IMG/VR virus record: IMGVR_UViG_3300009034_000014
Coordinates: 1-64,000 of that record
DNA from: a virus
Direction: 5' to 3' (one strand)
DNA length: 64,000 nucleotides
The position numbers and the translations under genes were made by a program. Positions 27,230 to 37,833 of this stretch are shown here, in pieces (within the stretch, counting starts at the first letter, position 1; every line of letters begins with the position of its first letter). The notes under the pieces were generated by a model. It did not search any database. It saw only the letters and a program-made list of their open reading frames with translations, and was not told the DNA's origin.

Positions 27230-29800
27230 TTAGCTCACTATAGTGATGCTTACCGTTCCAAGCTTCGGCAGCTCTCTGGCCGCGAGAACAACATCCGAGG
27301 CCGGGGCAGTGAGAACAACTTTCGTTATATCTTCGTCCGCCTCGAATATCTCATGGCTTATGCGGGACACAGGCACATCGGCGCCGAACTCCCACTCCCA
27401 GCTTACCCCGTCTTCCTTAAGCGCCTCGGGCTGGATCACCGTCGCCAGCCTCGCTTCGATAGCGGCAGCCGCGACCTCACCATAGACGGTAGCGGTTATA
27501 TCGATCGTTTTCGGCACGAAGTTCACGGCCGTGACTTCCTGGTTCGCTACAAGATGCTTTTCCTTCACGGGATATGAATAGGGATCTCCGTTGAAGTGCT
27601 CTTCGATCTCCGCGAGCTGAGAAGCGGTAGCCTGCGCGCCGCCCTTCGCGACAACAACCAACTCAATCGTCTTCGGTCCGAAACCTTCTTCTATAGCTTT
27701 CGCGCGAGAGAACGGCTTTGACCCGGCCGCGTCGACGTAGCTCTTCGCCAAGGTCTCTACGTCACTTGGCCCAAGTGCGATGTCCTTGACCCTCAGTGTA
27801 GCCGGTCCAGCGATCTTCGCCTGCTCCAGGCTCGCCTCGTCCGCGCCTTCCGCCTTCGACCACCCAGAGGCGGGGCGCGGGTTCCAGATCCTGTTCACGT
27901 ACGTGAGACTAGTTTTGTCCACGGTGATCGTATCCGCACCGACATTGCCATCGAGGTCCGCACCATAACGATAGTCAGCCGCAACGTTGTCAACGCCCAC
28001 GGGTGGGATCTTGCCCTTGATTCCGTCACCGGTCACGACCGTAGCCCGATCATCTTCACCGATTTCCACGATGCAATGTTTGTCCGTTGGAGCAGAGAAC
28101 AAGAAGTTGTCCACCTCCGCCCACAGCTCTCCTTCTACCTCGAACTCCATTGTGCCCGAGATGTAGTTGTCCCTCGTGGTCTCGAATCGCTGGTCTGCTG
28201 TCCCGTCCGATGACGCTAGAGGATCGTCGCTCTGCGTGCGGCCCTGGGTAGAAGTTGCCAGAGCGTACTGCTTGCCCTGGTCAAGCCGGCCGTACTGGAA
28301 GGTGGGGAGATCCACAACTGCGTCCACGCTTATTACCCTATAGCGCAACCATTGGGCATCGACTCCGTTCACGGTACCGATTTTCCAATCGCGAGTTAGC
28401 GTCTGCGGGAGAGAGAACTCGACGTTACCGTCCTGGGAGAGCAGCGCCGATCCGTCAACAAGATCCTGAACCTCCTCCCAATCGCTTCCCACTGTGTAGT
28501 CAGAAGTAACAGTGCTCGGCGTTGTCTGCCCGAGATAGGAATCTACCACGCAGTAATTCTTCGCCACAGAAAAACCGCTACCGCTAGGAATACCGAAAGC
28601 ACTTTCAACATCCGAGTATGCCGCTGAGACATTCAAGCGTACACGAATCTGCGTTCCGCTCTTAACAGCGCTGCCGAGATAGTCGGTAAGATCGAAAAGG
28701 AGCTTCCCCGCCGATGGCACATCGATCTTCACTTCCGTCGGTTCCGTTTTATCGAAGTTCCCGTCGTAGTACTCCCAGATACCCTTGATACCATCGGTAC
28801 CACCGGACATGCCCGCTACTGTAAAATTCACATTAGTCACGTTCTCGGTGACCGCCTTGTTGCCCTCAGTGCCGAAATTGTCATGCGTCAGTGTAACCAC
28901 GTTACCGGAACCGCTCGCTGTAATGAGTAGACTGGCACCAACACCGTTGATTGCCGTCCTGACCGTGGTGGCAACCTCGCTCGAAGTGGTATCACCGGAT
29001 ATGTCCACCTCGATGTTCGTCGAATTGTAACCGCCCGGAGGTGTGTAAATGCCAGTCACATTGAACCAGAAATTAACAGCCGGGTTCGTGCCGTCGTCCA
29101 GCGTGAAGTAGTCGCCATCGCCCATCCAACTCTGGATAATGCAGTTTATAGTTCCGGTTGGCTTCGTGCCAGCCATGGGCGTCGTGAACCACAGCCCGAG
29201 CTTATCCCACATGATGTGCTTGTGGCCGAAGTAGATCGCGTCCTTCGTAGCCACCGCACCGGTCCACGGTGTCCAGTCGTCGGCTGGTGTCGTCTGTGAG
29301 TTTGCCTTGTCCGTGTAGTCCGTGTACGTCGATCCCTCCAGACCGAATACGTAGGAGAATTGATCCGTGCGGTCGATTGTCACCGCCGTGGGCCGCTCGA
29401 AGATCACTGGATCAACGCCGGTCTCCCGCTCGGTGGAAGTGAGTGCGCCCTCTGGAATCAACTCGTATGCGGAGGTAAAGACCTTGCTGAGTTCGTAGAC
29501 GATATCCGCTGAGGCCGGGCTCGCGGTTGCCAGCTCGTAGTCGATGAGACGGAGCATGTTCCTCACGCTTTCCGTTAACTGCGCGGTTGGAAGCGTGGCT
29601 TCATTGGCCACCAGATCCAGAAGGCAGTTGTTGATGTGCCCGACCAGAGCCTGCATGCGCAGGAACTGCATGAAGGGATCGTACTCGCTCTCATCCGTGT
29701 GCTCCGGTAAATTCTGTCTCTTATAGGTGGTCAGCGCATCAAGGATTTTCGCGTAGTAGAAAGCGGAAAATTCAAAATCTGGGATCTGTATGGTTGTCAT
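27230..29800 (-). CDS. Baseplate J-like wedge protein with insertions
   Basis: EATLPTAQ..SV.....LIDY; SDGTADQRF; GDGIKGKIPP; GADEASLE. Confidence 0.85.
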   Translation of the reverse strand: MTTIQIPDFEFSAFYYAKILDALTTYKRQNLPEHTDESEYDPFMQFLRMQALVGHINNCLLDLVANEATLPTAQLTESVRNMLRLIDYELATASPASADIVYELSKVFTSAYELIPEGALTSTERETGVDPVIFERPTAVTIDRTDQFSYVFGLEGSTYTDYTDKANSQTTPADDWTPWTGAVATKDAIYFGHKHIMWDKLGLWFTTPMAGTKPTGTINCIIQSWMGDGDYFTLDDGTNPAVNFWFNVTGIYTPPGGYNSTNIEVDISGDTTSSEVATTVRTAINGVGASLLITASGSGNVVTLTHDNFGTEGNKAVTENVTNVNFTVAGMSGGTDGIKGIWEYYDGNFDKTEPTEVKIDVPSAGKLLFDLTDYLGSAVKSGTQIRVRLNVSAAYSDVESAFGIPSGSGFSVAKNYCVVDSYLGQTTPSTVTSDYTVGSDWEEVQDLVDGSALLSQDGNVEFSLPQTLTRDWKIGTVNGVDAQWLRYRVISVDAVVDLPTFQYGRLDQGKQYALATSTQGRTQSDDPLASSDGTADQRFETTRDNYISGTMEFEVEGELWAEVDNFLFSAPTDKHCIVEIGEDDRATVVTGDGIKGKIPPVGVDNVAADYRYGADLDGNVGADTITVDKTSLTYVNRIWNPRPASGWSKAEGADEASLEQAKIAGPATLRVKDIALGPSDVETLAKSYVDAAGSKPFSRAKAIEEGFGPKTIELVVVAKGGAQATASQLAEIEEHFNGDPYSYPVKEKHLVANQEVTAVNFVPKTIDITATVYGEVAAAAIEARLATVIQPEALKEDGVSWEWEFGADVPVSRISHEIFEADEDITKVVLTAPASDVVLAARELPKLGTVSITIVS

Positions 29801-29814
29801 GGGGATAGCTCCTT

Positions 29815-30186
29815 CTACTTGCTCGTAAACGTCCGCGCAAACGGGCGATCCTCATCGCTCTCGATATCGTGGTAAATGAATTCCAACGTCAGTTCGCCTT
29901 CGTCCGTAGTCCAGCGGAGAGTATCCGTCAGAAGCCGGAAGCGGTGCAGCGCTTCAAAGCGGTCGAAGATGGATCTAACTTTCCGCAGGATTCTGGCCCG
30001 TGAAATGGGATCGCTGATGTCGAATATCATATCCACGCCGAGCCCGATATCCTGCTGAAAAGCGTGGTCGTTGTCGCAGTCGGAGAGCGCTGCCATGATA
30101 ACCTGCTTGTTATCGTCTTCTCCCTCCACCATCGCCGCCCCGCCCATCGAGTCAACACCCACCGGAAGTTTCAGACCCTTGGCCAT
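29815..30186 (-). CDS. gp25/GPW-like baseplate protein
   Basis: Size, position and the pattern F..DIG....IFD. Confidence 0.7.
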   Translation of the reverse strand: MAKGLKLPVGVDSMGGAAMVEGEDDNKQVIMAALSDCDNDHAFQQDIGLGVDMIFDISDPISRARILRKVRSIFDRFEALHRFRLLTDTLRWTTDEGELTLEFIYHDIESDEDRPFARTFTSK

Positions 30187-30203
30187 TGATCAGCACCTCT
30201 CTC

Positions 30204-30530
30204 TCAATCCAGCGCACACGGTGGAATGAGTGGCAATGCGGGCAGCGCGGGCACAGCCGGTACCCCGGGCGGTATCGGGATCGGAAGTTTCAAAGTCGGT
30301 AGTGGGGGCACCACCAGCACATCCGGAAGCTGGGGAAGTGCGGGCAACTTTGGTATCGCCGGAATACCTGGTGGTACAGGAAACGGAAGTTTCAGCGGAG
30401 GCAGTGGAGGCACTACCAGCACATCTGGAAGCTTGGGTAGCGGCGGTAGCTTCGGAATCGCGGGCACGCCCGGAGGTATGGGGAAAGGCAGCTTCGGAAT
30501 CGGTATCTCTGGGAATATGCATTTGCTCAT
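30204..30530 (-). CDS. Proline-rich repeat protein
   Basis: Two and a half copies of a 34-aa unit; terminal Cys residues. Confidence 0.7.
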   Translation of the reverse strand: MSKCIFPEIPIPKLPFPIPPGVPAIPKLPPLPKLPDVLVVPPLPPLKLPFPVPPGIPAIPKLPALPQLPDVLVVPPLPTLKLPIPIPPGVPAVPALPALPLIPPCALD

Positions 30531-30534
30531 AGTC

Positions 30535-31410
30535 TCATTTCGTTTTCACCACTGTACTCAATGAGGTCGGTGGTGGTGTAACTGTCGGAGGAGAAGACGG
30601 CGAACCAGAACCGCCAGAGGTGTGTATATGCGTCTCTGCCCAAGCGTACCATTCTGTTCCGCGAATTATCGGCTGATCCGCACCGTCGCCCAAGTTCACA
30701 GAACCGGCCTTTAAGTCGCAGTTCTTGCAACTAACGGTCACCGCTTTCTGTCCCAGAATCTGGATCGCGCCCTGCTTCATGTCGATAATATTTCCGTGCT
30801 TGTCGATCAGCCGAAGTCCTACTTCATCTGAAGCAATCAGATTCCCGTTCTCGTCAACGATCGTTATCGCCCCGTTCTTCGCGTCAATATAGACTAGCGA
30901 GCCAGTCTTGTTCTGCATGACGACGGATCCATCGGCATCGAACGCGATATAGGAATACTTATCCTCGTTGTCCTCCTTTGCGTGCCAGGTGAGACGGACT
31001 TGCTGCGCTCCATCAGTATCGTCGAACATTAGAATATGACCATTGGGTGTGGCGAATCCACGGCGCTTGCCGTAGGTAGTCTCCTGTTTGAAATCATCAT
31101 GTACAGGAGTCGGTGCCTCTTCAGCTTCGTGGTAAAATCTTTTTCCTCTCCAAGTGATCTGCGGGTTCATGATCATGCTCTGTCCCGGCACCTCATCGTC
31201 GTCTGTAGAGACCACCCCCTCTATCTCCACATGCTCGTCCACATCTGGAACGTAGAACCAACCCCAGTCCAGAAGCGGCTCAATCCATCCCGGGAGCACG
31301 GCTTCTGGATCGCCTGTCAGATCGGCGCAGGTGACCTTAATTCTTCCTCTGAACTCGGAATCGTTGTTCGCTACGACTTTCGCGATGTACTTCTCTATGA
31401 CATTCGGCAT
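30535..31410 (-). CDS. Baseplate spike (gpV/gp5-like)
   Basis: GRIKV, FYVPDVDEHV, TPNGHILMFDD, C-terminal HIH. Confidence 0.85.
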   Translation of the reverse strand: MPNVIEKYIAKVVANNDSEFRGRIKVTCADLTGDPEAVLPGWIEPLLDWGWFYVPDVDEHVEIEGVVSTDDDEVPGQSMIMNPQITWRGKRFYHEAEEAPTPVHDDFKQETTYGKRRGFATPNGHILMFDDTDGAQQVRLTWHAKEDNEDKYSYIAFDADGSVVMQNKTGSLVYIDAKNGAITIVDENGNLIASDEVGLRLIDKHGNIIDMKQGAIQILGQKAVTVSCKNCDLKAGSVNLGDGADQPIIRGTEWYAWAETHIHTSGGSGSPSSPPTVTPPPTSLSTVVKTK

Positions 31411-31415
31411 CCGAA

Positions 31416-32657
31416 CTAACCCTCCAGTATCTTTCTGGCCGAAAACTGGCAACGATAACCAGACTCAGTTTCCATGATATGGCGAACCTTGGAAAAGTAG
31501 TACTTTCCGTCGTAGGGAATCCCCATCCCTTCAAGACGATGCACTTGTCTTGCAAGCAGACTCTCCATACCGATGACTGTTCCGCTGCCGACTATGAATT
31601 GCTCTCGCATTCGCCGGTACCACTGGGACGCCCATACTTCCAAATCCTTTTTGTTTCGGAATACCACATTTGTTTTTGTGGTAAAGCTAAAATTGCCGAT
31701 GAAAAACTTTACAGCCTCGGCGCTTTCTGGTGCTTTTTCCATCTCCTCTATTGCGCCGGTGTGCTGGAGATCCGCTTCGAGACCAAGTTCTTCATGAATT
31801 TCCGCTTCCAAGGGCCAGCCAAAACGAAGGCCAGCGGGGTGTCTATTCGCAGTTTGAACCCGTATGCTCGTAAAGTGTTCCCGAAAAACCATCTCGGGTA
31901 CAAAGTTCAGGAGAGTAGTTTTATCACCTTGATTATATCGAAAAGTATATACACGATCCTGGACACCAAGGGGTTCTGTAGGATCCCTGAAGTGTAGTGT
32001 CCAACCAGTTTCGTAGTCGTAGTCCACCCAAAAAAGATAACCTGTCAAGTTCGCTAGCCCTTGCACAAGCTGATAGTCCGACATCATTGAAGGTTGCTGG
32101 ATCTCGCCCTTTATGAACGGCGTGGGGTCGATATCTGGATAAAACTGATACCCTGACGATCGTTCATCGACGACTTTATCGACCGTCGTGTCTCTGAAAA
32201 CAATAGTACCTCGTGCCCGTTTGAGCACGGCCTTCCATCTTAGTTTCTCTTCCCACTTCTTGGCTCGGCTGAGTCTCGCTTCGATCTCCTTGATTCGTTT
32301 TTTCCCACCTGGATCGGGTTTCTGCTCCTGCATCAGATAGTCTTTGGTATAGCCGGTTACCTCCACAATAGGTATACCATCGGTAGGAAATGAGACTCTT
32401 GGAGTCATGAGAATAACACGCCCAACTCTGCTAACGAGTCCACCATAACCCATCCAAATATCCATCTCATTCCCGGGAGCAAGCACCTTGGATTTGGACA
32501 GCAAAAAATCCGGATTAAAAGCCGTAATCCTGGCCGTATCGACAATTCCATCCGCACTCTCGTATTCTACTCGTTGAATGAACTGGGTGATATCGGATCG
32601 AAGTTCATGGCCCGCAACTTCCAAGCTATAATGCGGCGCTAAATCCTCACCTGCCAT
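31416..32657 (-). CDS. Baseplate hub (late control D-like)
   Basis: MGYG, SDYQLV..LA...GY, G...YDGKYY..KVRH. Confidence 0.8.
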   Translation of the reverse strand: MAGEDLAPHYSLEVAGHELRSDITQFIQRVEYESADGIVDTARITAFNPDFLLSKSKVLAPGNEMDIWMGYGGLVSRVGRVILMTPRVSFPTDGIPIVEVTGYTKDYLMQEQKPDPGGKKRIKEIEARLSRAKKWEEKLRWKAVLKRARGTIVFRDTTVDKVVDERSSGYQFYPDIDPTPFIKGEIQQPSMMSDYQLVQGLANLTGYLFWVDYDYETGWTLHFRDPTEPLGVQDRVYTFRYNQGDKTTLLNFVPEMVFREHFTSIRVQTANRHPAGLRFGWPLEAEIHEELGLEADLQHTGAIEEMEKAPESAEAVKFFIGNFSFTTKTNVVFRNKKDLEVWASQWYRRMREQFIVGSGTVIGMESLLARQVHRLEGMGIPYDGKYYFSKVRHIMETESGYRCQFSARKILEG

Positions 32658-32662
32658 CTTTT

Positions 32663-33421
32663 CTACTCCAGAACAACGTGCGAAGTGCTCTCCACATTCA
32701 GCCTGTCGAATGCTTCAACACGCAGATCCCTCTGAGGTGTAGCCTTTCTACCATAGGCGGTCCTCAGTGCAATTGATGTGGGCTGTGCCCTTTCTTTCCT
32801 CAGTGTTTCAGCGCTTGGAAGCTTCACGACATCACCAGCCTCAAGCAGCGCCTGATCCGGATGTCTGCTTCTGATCACGACGCCCATTAGCGGATTGTCG
32901 TACTCCCGCTGACATAGCCATTCGTAGTAGTCGTGATCTCGCGCACGGTGGTACCGGGTCTCGCCCCCGGCTTCGACTAGAAGAGAGAACGGTACATATT
33001 CGCGGAGATGCACGGTGAAGCTAATATCCCTAGGGCTTCCATCACTGCGGAAGCTAGCATAGGAAATGTCTGATAGTGCTTCGAGAAGACACTGGTCCAC
33101 TTTCAAGGTAGAGTCCCCAACCCAGAAATGCAGAATCGGTGGGCGGAACAGATCGGGATCTCGCTTTGTCCAGGATTGAAGTAACCTAAGTGGTTTGGTC
33201 AGATCGTCGGTTATGACCTCTGCGTAGAGCCTGCCACGAAAGCTAACTGTCTCCGCATTGCCGTGCAGGAACTGCGTGATCGGGTGCTGGCGATTCAGTG
33301 GGCTTTCCGCTGCGTAGGCCGCGCTCAGCTCCTGAGTCGTGTCCTCGGGTGGGAACTGTCCCTCGATCTTATCGTCGGTATCCAGATTGTACAGGAACCA
33401 TGAAACTTGCTTTCCAGCCAT
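32663..33421 (-). CDS. Tube-initiator protein with LysM-like C-terminus
   Basis: QFPPE, QF..G..ETVSF, RPP...F, GSPR, C-terminal L.AGDVVKLP. Confidence 0.75.
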   Translation of the reverse strand: MAGKQVSWFLYNLDTDDKIEGQFPPEDTTQELSAAYAAESPLNRQHPITQFLHGNAETVSFRGRLYAEVITDDLTKPLRLLQSWTKRDPDLFRPPILHFWVGDSTLKVDQCLLEALSDISYASFRSDGSPRDISFTVHLREYVPFSLLVEAGGETRYHRARDHDYYEWLCQREYDNPLMGVVIRSRHPDQALLEAGDVVKLPSAETLRKERAQPTSIALRTAYGRKATPQRDLRVEAFDRLNVESTSHVVLE

Positions 33422-33423
33422 TA

Positions 33424-35505
33424 TCAGGAACCTCTCACCGTAGCGGGCATTGCGCCGTGTTCCAAAACCATTCTCCGCTGCCACGGCGTGGACTTGAAAC
33501 CAGCGCGTTCTTTGACTTCTTGTTGGTGTCTGGACATCCTCTGGCTCACCTCGCGGCCATCGATGTCAACACGATTACGGATGTCGATACTAAACTTGGG
33601 TCTAGGCGGTACAGCGGCGGCGGTTTCCTTCGCTGCTCTTGCTGCCTCTGTAGCCGCTTTGGCTGGAGCAACGCCGACCTCGGTCTGTGCCTGCCCTAGT
33701 TTGTTGATTTCTTCCAGCCTTGCATGGAATGCTTCTCGCTCCTTCCGCCTTTTTTCCTTAATAAGTCTATCAGCAAACGTCGCCGCTCTTACCTCACGGG
33801 CTGCAGTCTCCTCGCTAATGATCCCAAGCGCCGCTAGGCCTTTAGCCCCCGTTGCATGAGCCGAGGCAATTCCCCTCTCGAAAGAACTGCGCCACTCTTC
33901 CATCGCAGTGCGCAGAAGTTCAAAGACGAAGGCCAAACCCTTGATTATAGTTGTCAGCATTTTTGCTACCATTGAACCAAAAGCTCTGAAATAACTCATC
34001 GACTCACCGGTTGCTGATTTGGTCGCGGGACCAAGCCAGCCAAAAAGCGTCTCGAATAGTTGACCAAGCGTGTTAACCAAAGTCTCAATAGCCGATCTCA
34101 ACGGCGCAAAGTAATCCATGAATCCCCTGAAGTACTCGCCTATCGTAGCGTCCAGAAATGCAAACACCGTCCCGACTACAGTCTTCAATGCTGTCCACGC
34201 CGCTTTAATAATGTCGATCGCTCCTGATACCCATTGCGCAACTCTCACCGTGTCTTTACCGTACTTCTTGGTCAGTTCCGTAACCCTTCGTTGCGCTTGC
34301 TCCGCATCGCTCCAGTCCACATCCAAGACCTCATCCAAAGCCTGACGGAAGTTTGAGATACTGCCCGCGAGATCATCGAAGGTGCCATCAAAAGATTTCA
34401 GCAACCGCAGACCTAGCTGCTTGCCCAAATTCGCGACCGAAGTGGTCATCCTCTTCCACTGATGCGTCGAGGTCTCTGACGCTTTTCGGAACGCTTCTTC
34501 TGTGGCTCCCGCGCCCTGCCGCATTCCTTCCATGGCCTCCGTAAAATTAGCGAAACCTTCCTGGCTAACCAGGTTGAGAATCGTGTTCCCCGCTTCCACT
34601 GAACCAAATAATTTATCGATAGCTACTTTGTCGCCTTTGGTTATTTCTACCAGATCAGCGAGGAACTTCGCCCAGCCCTTCGTCTGGACAGCGGCTGTGC
34701 TAAAATCTTTTTCAAGATCCCCGATCACCTCCTCAGCAGCTTTTGTCGGATGAGCTATTCCCGCAAGCACTGCCTTGAGCCCACTCATGGTTTCTGCCGT
34801 GACAACGCCACCCTTGGTAACAGCCACGATCGTGGAGAGCAGTTCGTCATAACTCAGTCCAGCTCCCTTGGCAACGGCTGCTGCGCGCCCCACGGAACGC
34901 GAGACCTCTTCGAATGTGGTTACGCCCTTTTTATTTGCGATGTTTATTGAATCAGCAACGCGCAATGCTTCTGGTGCCGTCTTCAAACCCCAGACATTCA
35001 TGACCGTGGTGAGTCCGGATACAGCCGTCTTCACATCAGTGTAGCCTCCTACAGCGGCTTTCGACGCAACTTCCATGAAACCCAGTGACTCTTCCTGCTT
35101 CACACCTGCGGATATCGCCTGAAACGTCGCATCGGTCATATCCTTCGTCGCCATGCCGTATTTGTCGGACAAGCGGAGAATATCCTTCGTCATCATCTGC
35201 ATCTGACCAGGCACGACATCCAGCAAGGTGCTGATCCGCGCCATGCCGGTTTCCAACTCCCCAGCGGACGTTATCATCTTCTTGAACGCAGCTGCTATGC
35301 CGGTTACTACCGCAGCTATACCCAACGTCGGCAAAAGCTTTCCAAAACTGCTGAACGCGTTTCCGGTCCGCCGCATCGCTGGTTGGACTTTATCGCTCGA
35401 CTCCACGAAGCGGTTAAATGAACCTTGGGCTTTCTTCAAGCCACCAACGGCAGGTTTCTCGTCGAACGTAAGAATTCCACCGAGACCAAGGCGTTCGAAA
35501 GCCAT
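33424..35505 (-). CDS. Tape measure protein (TP901-like core)
   Basis: Ala-rich helical protein; SAG...G.TTF motifs; position. Confidence 0.9.
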   Translation of the reverse strand: MAFERLGLGGILTFDEKPAVGGLKKAQGSFNRFVESSDKVQPAMRRTGNAFSSFGKLLPTLGIAAVVTGIAAAFKKMITSAGELETGMARISTLLDVVPGQMQMMTKDILRLSDKYGMATKDMTDATFQAISAGVKQEESLGFMEVASKAAVGGYTDVKTAVSGLTTVMNVWGLKTAPEALRVADSINIANKKGVTTFEEVSRSVGRAAAVAKGAGLSYDELLSTIVAVTKGGVVTAETMSGLKAVLAGIAHPTKAAEEVIGDLEKDFSTAAVQTKGWAKFLADLVEITKGDKVAIDKLFGSVEAGNTILNLVSQEGFANFTEAMEGMRQGAGATEEAFRKASETSTHQWKRMTTSVANLGKQLGLRLLKSFDGTFDDLAGSISNFRQALDEVLDVDWSDAEQAQRRVTELTKKYGKDTVRVAQWVSGAIDIIKAAWTALKTVVGTVFAFLDATIGEYFRGFMDYFAPLRSAIETLVNTLGQLFETLFGWLGPATKSATGESMSYFRAFGSMVAKMLTTIIKGLAFVFELLRTAMEEWRSSFERGIASAHATGAKGLAALGIISEETAAREVRAATFADRLIKEKRRKEREAFHARLEEINKLGQAQTEVGVAPAKAATEAARAAKETAAAVPPRPKFSIDIRNRVDIDGREVSQRMSRHQQEVKERAGFKSTPWQRRMVLEHGAMPATVRGS

Positions 35506-35511
35506 CCGTCA

Positions 35512-35706
35512 TCACCTCTTGGGTTTAATTGCTGCCCTCTCCTTCTCGTACTGTTTGACCAATCGCTTCATAAGCCATGACCGATCACTCCAAGTCAGAT
35601 CCTCGACCTCGCTCCAGGTGAGCCCGCCTTTCATCCCGTATGTCAATAAGAAAGCTTCCTCCCTTAAGATCGCATCGCTGTCGATCGGGAGGACACTCCG
35701 AAAAAA
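35512..35706 (-). CDS. Tail assembly chaperone GT extension (-1 frame)
   Basis: Overlaps the end of the chaperone gene at slippery T-TTT-TTC (35706-35700). Confidence 0.65.
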   Translation of the reverse strand, partial: FFRSVLPIDSDAILREEAFLLTYGMKGGLTWSEVEDLTWSDRSWLMKRLVKQYEKERAAIKPKR

Positions 35707-36536
35707 TCTTCTGATGCCCATTCTATGGAAGTTCGTATTTGCCTACTGCAAGCAGAACAATCCAGTTCCACCATTAGATCCGGACCCACCGACTGGGCAT
35801 CGATATCTGCGGTCAACGTCTCGAAATCCAACTTCGTTAGCTCATCGAATTCGTGCGGGGCTAACGGCAATGGCTCCATATCACCGGCTGCGTAGACCGA
35901 ACTATGGATCATAGATGCCTTCAACTCGCCGAAGTTACCACCGTCACTGCCAGCACTCTTCAACGCAGACCAGCGAGGCGGCCTGATTAGGAGATCTACT
36001 ATCTCTTGATTCCGGATCTCGATCGGGGTTGCAAGCTTGTAACGCCATTCCGAGTCCTCAACTCTATCAACGGATCTAACTTCCAAGCTATCGAGGTCCG
36101 CTTTGAAGGGGATTTTCTCGCGACAGCGGGGACAGCTCAGTTGGATCGGTAATTCCGTACCCATGGACTGAACGCGAAGCCATAGGTAAGCGAACAGCAC
36201 GTCGCCCATGTACATATCGTTGACAATCGCCAGTCTCTCCGAAAGAAGTTTCTTGTTGACGATCTTGTCCTTTACCACTTTGGATCCGAAATCATGGTGA
36301 CCCAACTGTGTGCACATATGCGCGAGGACGATCGCTACGTACTGCCCGAATCTGGCGCTCTGCTGATGTTTTACCAGCGTGCCAAGTTCGCGTTCCTCTC
36401 TCAATTTCCACGCCCGCACCAAAATATCTTTGTGATATTTACCACTGGTATCGATCATACCAATGGGCAGGTGCGGACCCTGATCGATCAGAGGAACTTT
36501 TCGTAGTCCGTTATTTTTGGTTTCCGAGTCTTCCAC
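35664..36536 (-). CDS. Tail assembly chaperone (T4 gp26/51-like, CxxC motifs)
   Basis: GD..F.Y..LR..S.G, CPRC, CSAC; between tube and tape measure genes. Confidence 0.75.
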   Translation of the reverse strand: MEDSETKNNGLRKVPLIDQGPHLPIGMIDTSGKYHKDILVRAWKLREERELGTLVKHQQSARFGQYVAIVLAHMCTQLGHHDFGSKVVKDKIVNKKLLSERLAIVNDMYMGDVLFAYLWLRVQSMGTELPIQLSCPRCREKIPFKADLDSLEVRSVDRVEDSEWRYKLATPIEIRNQEIVDLLIRPPRWSALKSAGSDGGNFGELKASMIHSSVYAAGDMEPLPLAPHEFDELTKLDFETLTADIDAQSVGPDLMVELDCSACSRQIRTSIEWASEDFFGVSSRSTAMRS

Positions 36537-36618
36537 GGTTCACCTCCAGTCGGTTCCGGTAACAATCGAAACCCTGTTAGGCCCAACCACTGGGCAGAGG
36601 TTAGAATTGCATTACTAC

Positions 36619-37056
36619 TCAACCAAGCCAGAGTATCTCGTCTGCCTTGAACGTCCACTCCATGACGGCCAGCTCGCCTTCGTTCTCCATCGAGAGATCG
36701 GGCAATCCGCGCTTGAAGGGGTAAGTGCCGAGGACAGAGTACGAACGCAGGATATTTCCCGAGATACTCTGCAAGAGGAGCGTGCCAACTTTCTTGGACA
36801 GTGGATCCCCGGCCTTACAAAGTTGAAACCAGAGTTCAAGCGCGGCGATCTGCACCGTTTCGTGTAACGGAATTTTAATGGAGTATTCCGTGGGCATGCT
36901 GTCGCCTGTGGTAGCAGTCGTCTTGTCCGGGAGTTCCGTGGTCTGCAGTTCCTCCTCGATTCCGGAGATCTCCGTGATCGTGAGCGGAGGCAGTCCAAGG
37001 AACAGGAGCTGGTACTCACTGACTGGGATGTGATCCGCTGATATAACGCCTTTCAT
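36619..37056 (-). CDS. Tail tube protein
   Basis: EISGI, K.GTL.L, YP.K...PDL. Confidence 0.8.
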   Translation of the reverse strand: MKGVISADHIPVSEYQLLFLGLPPLTITEISGIEEELQTTELPDKTTATTGDSMPTEYSIKIPLHETVQIAALELWFQLCKAGDPLSKKVGTLLLQSISGNILRSYSVLGTYPFKRGLPDLSMENEGELAVMEWTFKADEILWLG

Positions 37057-37101
37057 AGTTCACCTTCCTTTAGGTTCTACAGCGTCATCGAAAGCCGGAT
37101 G

Positions 37102-37821
37102 CTAGTTGCCATACGCTTCCCACACGACGTAATCTGTGGCCGCTAGCGTGGAGGTGGCGTCGAAGTCGAACTCCAGATAGTCCCCGTTGATCACGCACTC
37201 CCCCTTGCCAGCGATGGGTAACCCAGATGCGTTGAACGCAGACCAGGCAAGTACCGCTGGGGTGAACGGCAATTCTAGCGTGAACAATGACGCAAGGCTC
37301 TCGGCCGTGATCACGATAACGCCGCGAGCGACTTGTTTGTACGCCGGTGCCCCAGACTCGTTTAAGTTCGCGACGTTCCAAACATCTGCCGCATCGGCCA
37401 GCGTCTCGGAGACGGCAATGCTCGTTCCCGCCCCGATCTGCGGTGTGCCGCCTGTCCGGTCGGCGGGCTGGATGCGGACGCTGGTCGCTGGCGTGGTTGG
37501 CTGATCAGCCACCACCAGCTCGGTGCCCTCGTTGTTGATCGCGATGACGAGATTCGCCCGCGACTCGGCCGCGCTCGCGCCCTTCAGCACGTTGATGTTC
37601 GCGCCGACGCCCTCGAACTCATACACGTCCGATCCGATGGTCACGGTGTTGGTGTCCGTCGGCAACGTCGCGAGGAACAGACACGCCTGCGCGACGTGCC
37701 CTGTGTCCTCCGGCAGCTTGTTCACCTGCGTCACGATCGCGTTGATGCGATCGATGTTCCGCTTGTTGTGCGCATCGACGAGGTCCGTTCCCGGTTTCTG
37801 TTCCAATGCTAGTAAAGTCAT
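37102..37821 (-). CDS. Probable virion structural/decoration protein
   Basis: Beta-rich; TVTIGSDVYEF...NLVIAIN motif. Confidence 0.6.
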   Translation of the reverse strand: MTLLALEQKPGTDLVDAHNKRNIDRINAIVTQVNKLPEDTGHVAQACLFLATLPTDTNTVTIGSDVYEFEGVGANINVLKGASAAESRANLVIAINNEGTELVVADQPTTPATSVRIQPADRTGGTPQIGAGTSIAVSETLADAADVWNVANLNESGAPAYKQVARGVIVITAESLASLFTLELPFTPAVLAWSAFNASGLPIAGKGECVINGDYLEFDFDATSTLAATDYVVWEAYGN

Positions 37822-37833
37822 GTTTGCTACCTC

